Shown piece by piece: positions 60,156 to 64,000 of a DNA stretch of 64,000 bases (its first letter is position 1; each line of letters starts with the position of its first letter). The notes under the pieces are model-generated. The model was not told the DNA's origin, did no database searches, and saw only the letters and a list, made by a program, of their open reading frames with translations. Position numbers and translations under genes: made by a program. This DNA is from Schmidtea nova (Eukaryota), in assembly GCA_044892505.1 (NCBI GenBank), contig CM097883.1:441068001-441132000 (forward strand), written 5' to 3'.

Positions 60156-62091
60156 CACCTGGTTTCAAGCATTAAAAATTTCTATAATGTAAATTAAAAA
60201 TAACCAATAGTAAATGAAAACTTACGTAGGTGTTGCATTTTGATATTTCGTCGTTTAAAAATTTTTATATGTGATAGACATTCTGTAAGAAAAATTAAGA
60301 TATACACACAAACACAATACACAATAAAAATTGCATGCAAACTTTTAAGGGTACATCTCATTTCGTGATTAAAATATTTATAATAAAATTTTTTTTTGGT
60401 GAAAAATATGAATTTTGAATGCTCTTCAAATGAATCGACTGTTAGTTTTCGAGAAAGAGAAAATACGTCGTAAGATTTTTTTAAAAATTATATTTAATTC
60501 AATATTTCATAGGATTTCCGATATTTCCGAAATTTCTACAGAAACTCTTCCATTTCGTGAATGTGAAGACATAATATGGTAAGAACTTCGTAATTTATGA
60601 TTAATTAAACATTTTTTCATAGTACTTTTGATAATTCTGAAGTTCCTGAAACTTCATGTGGGAAATTAAATGCAAAGAAAACCAGAAAATCGTAAATTAT
60701 TATTTATTTTTATTAAAAGTATAATATTGTTAGGATTCCTGAAAAAGATAAAATAAGAATAATTAATGCCATGGAGAATGGCGGAGATTATTACGAATTT
60801 GGAAATTTATTAGGCATCCCAAAAAACTCAATAACGACAATTATTTATACATATAAAAAGTTTGGCCGATTGGCAAACAAAAAAAGAGGTTGCTCTACAT
60901 TTAAAATATCAGAAGAAGAAGGAAATCAATTATTAAATTTCGTCGAAGAAAACGTATATGCAACACTGGAAGAAATGCAAAATTATCTCGTTGGACTTAA
61001 TCGCAATGTTTCCAGAGCGACGATTTGTCGGTTTCTAAAAAATCATTTAATTACCATGAAAAAAGTGAAGCCTTGCGTAGCAGCTCGAAATTCGGAGCGC
61101 GTCCTTCAACTAAGGATGGAATATGTTACGCGCTTCGACGAAGAACTATGGAGAGAAGAAAAATTGATTTATATTGACGAATGTGGTTTCAATACTTGGA
61201 CAAACCAGAAAATGGGAAGAAAGAAAAAAGGAGAAAGGCTCTATTCAACTATTCCAACTAATAGGGGGAAAAACATGTCGTTGGTTCTCGCCATTGGTGT
61301 AAATGGGCCAATTCATCACAAATTAATTTTAGGCTCTTACAAAAAGAATAGTTATCAAGAATTTATTGATGAGATATCATCCAAATTGAATGGAACGGGG
61401 TTTTATCTCATTCACGACAACGCTTCCATTCACGGAGGAGCCTCATCTCCCAATAATTTCATTGTGAATTTGCCCCCATATAGCCCTTTCTTAAATCCGA
61501 TTGAAAGCGTCTTCAGCAAAGTTAAGTTCAGCATAAGAAAAGTAATATCTAGAGCAAATGGATTTGGCTCAATGTCATTTCAAGACAGATTTTTATTGAT
61601 CAAAGAAGCAATTGATAACGAGCTGGATAAGGACGACTACAAAAATTTAAAGAATTATTATGAGCATATTCGAAGGTTCTTCCCCAAATGTTGCAAGAAA
61701 ATTGAAATATTCGGAGACTGATGGATTTAATTAATAAACTGTTGTTAAAAAATTTCTTTCACTTACGTTTATTGAAATATTTCCAAAAACATTCATAAAA
61801 ATTCATAATTTTCTAAAAATGCTAATAAACATAAAATCAAATTAATAATGAAGAATAAAGATAAACTTTCAAAGCTTCTATAGTGATCTTATATCATTGT
61901 AAGATCAAAATAGAAGCATTAAAAGATATCTAGATAAATAAGATTACCTGATAGCCATTTTTAAAAAAATGGCTAATTGAAAAAAGATGTCTAAATGAAT
62001 AAATAAAACATTAAACAAAATAACTATGAGTAACAAGTAGGTGTGCACACCTACTTGTATCATAGTTATTTTTAATGCTTGAAACCGGGTG
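60156..62091 (+). mobile_element. IS630/Tc1-like DNA transposon, 1936 bp
   Basis: 24-bp TIRs cacctggtttcaagcattaaaaat / atttttaatgcttgaaaccgggtg (1 mismatch), flanked by TA on both sides. Confidence 0.92.
60408..61721 (+). CDS. Spliced Tc1/IS630-type transposase, predicted 394 aa; exons 60408-60469, 60513-60578, 60623-60691, 60734-61721
   Basis: Three GT-AG introns (43, 44 and 42 nt), all phase 2, give a continuous frame that restores the N-terminal HTH start (KKTRKSIPEKDKIRIINAMENG). Catalytic motifs are IYIDECGF, LIHDNASIH and LPPYSPFLNPIE. The transposase call is secure; the splicing is predicted. Confidence 0.8.
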
Positions 62092-62103
62092 TATATCAGA
62101 AAA

Positions 62104-62249
62104 ATTTAATTGAGCATGTTATGTTAATGTTCATTCAATATATTATTAATGCTCATTCAATATATTATTAATGCTCATTCAATATATTATTAATGTTCAT
62201 TCAATATATTATTAATGCTCATTCAATATATTATTAATGCTCAATTAAA
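62104..62249 (-). mobile_element. Third (inverted) copy of the 22-bp minisatellite element, bounded by 14-bp TIRs
   Basis: atttaattgagcat ... atgctcaattaaat enclosing 5 units. Confidence 0.75.
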
Positions 62250-62276
62250 TACTAGCCATTTATTAGTAATCACTCG

Positions 62277-62326
<50 letters not shown>

Positions 62327-63099
62327 ATATAAGGTATTCGAGATCACCCAAAATACATTCATGAGGGCTTCTTATACGTTGAGAAAAAGAGGAGCACATG
62401 TGGCACAAAAATCGTTCAAAATCGGCGTGATTTTCACTTTAAAAGATCCATTCGTAGTAACAAACCTCCAACAAAACGACGCAAATATCTAGAAACCGAT
62501 ATACGGAAAAATAATTTGGGGCAGTTCTATGCTTCAAGAACAAGGATTAGGTACTCGTGTGGCGTTGCTGATAATCTCCTCATAGAATAATATATAAAAT
62601 TATATTATTGTTTTCAATCGTTTTTAATTTTTAAAATATAAATAATAAATAAAATATATAAAAAAAATTTGGCGACTAAAAGGTCGGAGGCTAGATTGTC
62701 ATAACAAGATTTTGGCGACTCAGCATCGCATAGCATTAACCTATTTTCCGGCGTTAAGCGTCTTGAATCCACAATCTTTTTCAAATGGAGAGGTAACAAT
62801 GATGAGAACATAAATACATTTCTTAGAATTGCTTCTGTCCTCAGTTGAAAATGGCAAATAGCTCAAAAGAATCAATTTTACTCGACTTGACAAGGAATTT
62901 ATAATGATAGTGCCTCATCTTACTTCAAGTGTTTTAAAATACAAGGACAAAAACAAAATTGCCTGAGTTTATCAGCCTGCCTTCATCTCGCCATGCCTAA
63001 ATAATTTAATATATTATAAAAATATGTACTCATTCATAAATCATCATTGAAACGGTTTGTTATTAAAAGACATAAAACAAAAAATAAACCAAACAACTG

Positions 63100-63630
63100 C
63101 TAACCAATGTAAAAGATTCTTCTACCAGAAGGAGGCCAGGAAGAACACAAAAGTCCTCGATTAGTTCTACTGTATTGAGAACTGAGACTTTTTGACTTAG
63201 GTGGGCAACTATGTGTCGGTAGTAGACAGGCATGGCTTAAAGCTTGATTACCAAACACCCTAGGATTTCGTCGGTTCAGACGATCATAATCAAGTTCGGT
63301 TTGAATATAATCACTATATAATCTTTGGTTTCTAATCTCCATAGGAAATTCATTTTGATCTGATGATTGAATAAGATCATTTGTAGTTGTAACACTCAAT
63401 GTACCTAAACTATAAATACTATTTCTAGTACTTCCCGACCGCGATGAAACATCGTTTTGCCGGCCTGAATCGGCACTGAGAGAATCATAAATAATACTGC
63501 TACCAGGAGTGGTGACAATCTCACTGTGCCCACTATTAATGCTCACATAACCTCCAGCACCGTTCGATCCAGAACTTCGTTTTCTTGGCAATTTTGGCGA
63601 TGGTTGCTTCAGATTTTTGGATGTGTTAGT

Positions 63631-63663
<33 letters not shown>

Positions 63664-64000
63664 GTTTTCAGTTTTGGCTTTTGTAGGAGATCTGGATTTC
63701 GGATCAAATAACTTGTAGAAAGTCGTTTTGATGATGTTAAAAATTCCAGAATCACGACGATGAGGAATGTTTCCGTTTTGAAATTTGTCACGTTTGAGAT
63801 TTTCGGTTTTCAATCTTGAATGCATGCAATGCTTACAGAATAGATGCTTGTTTGAATTACTGATACTAGAGGTAGAAGAGAGAGGATTTTTCAAAGAAGA
63901 ATCTAAAAACGATAAAGGAGGTTTGTCATTCATTAGAGCGACATCCGGAGTCAATGTTATTTGACTTCCTGGTAGTTTAGAATCAAACGGATCAGATATA
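63100..64000 (-). CDS. Large Ser/Asn-rich exon of an unidentified gene (open to the window end)
   Basis: The frame stays open from 63999 down to the stop at 63100-63102. It is low-complexity, with a FCKHC motif and a poly-Asn tract. A donor probably lies near 63105-63130. It may be the disordered N-terminal region of the KSR-like gene. Confidence 0.65.

Noticed and set aside
60771-61721. Bacterial IS630 contamination or recent horizontal transfer from bacteria
   Set aside because: The predicted spliceosomal introns match host short-intron size and the flanks are host-like. Origin cannot be inferred without a phylogeny.

Overview
AT-rich eukaryotic (animal-type) draft scaffold with several N gaps. 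It has GT-AG introns in two size classes: short (42-51 nt) and multi-kb. No prokaryotic genes, rRNA, tRNA or CRISPR were recognised. Host genes: a 5'-partial, intronless UFD2/UBE4 U-box E4 ligase (3-1697 +), the six 3' exons of a KSR-family pseudokinase, probably KSR3-type (41921-48624 -), an orphan ORF (59039-59809 -) and a large Ser/Asn-rich exon running off the window end (63100-64000 -). The rest is nested mobile DNA. It includes a 4.4-kb gag-protease-GPY/F LTR element with no RT, RNase H or integrase core, a decayed Ty3/gypsy with a pogo (DD35D) inserted in it, and a 1.3-kb mariner split by an 8.75-kb giant-TIR element. That element and an 825-bp element share AGTAG...CTACT ends and 6-bp target duplications, which is the Polinton/Maverick signature. 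There is also an intact-looking IS630/Tc1-like element whose transposase appears to be spliced from four exons and has DD28E spacing, plus many hAT and piggyBac MITEs, long hairpins and minisatellites. All coordinates and alignments were read by eye, with no database searches.
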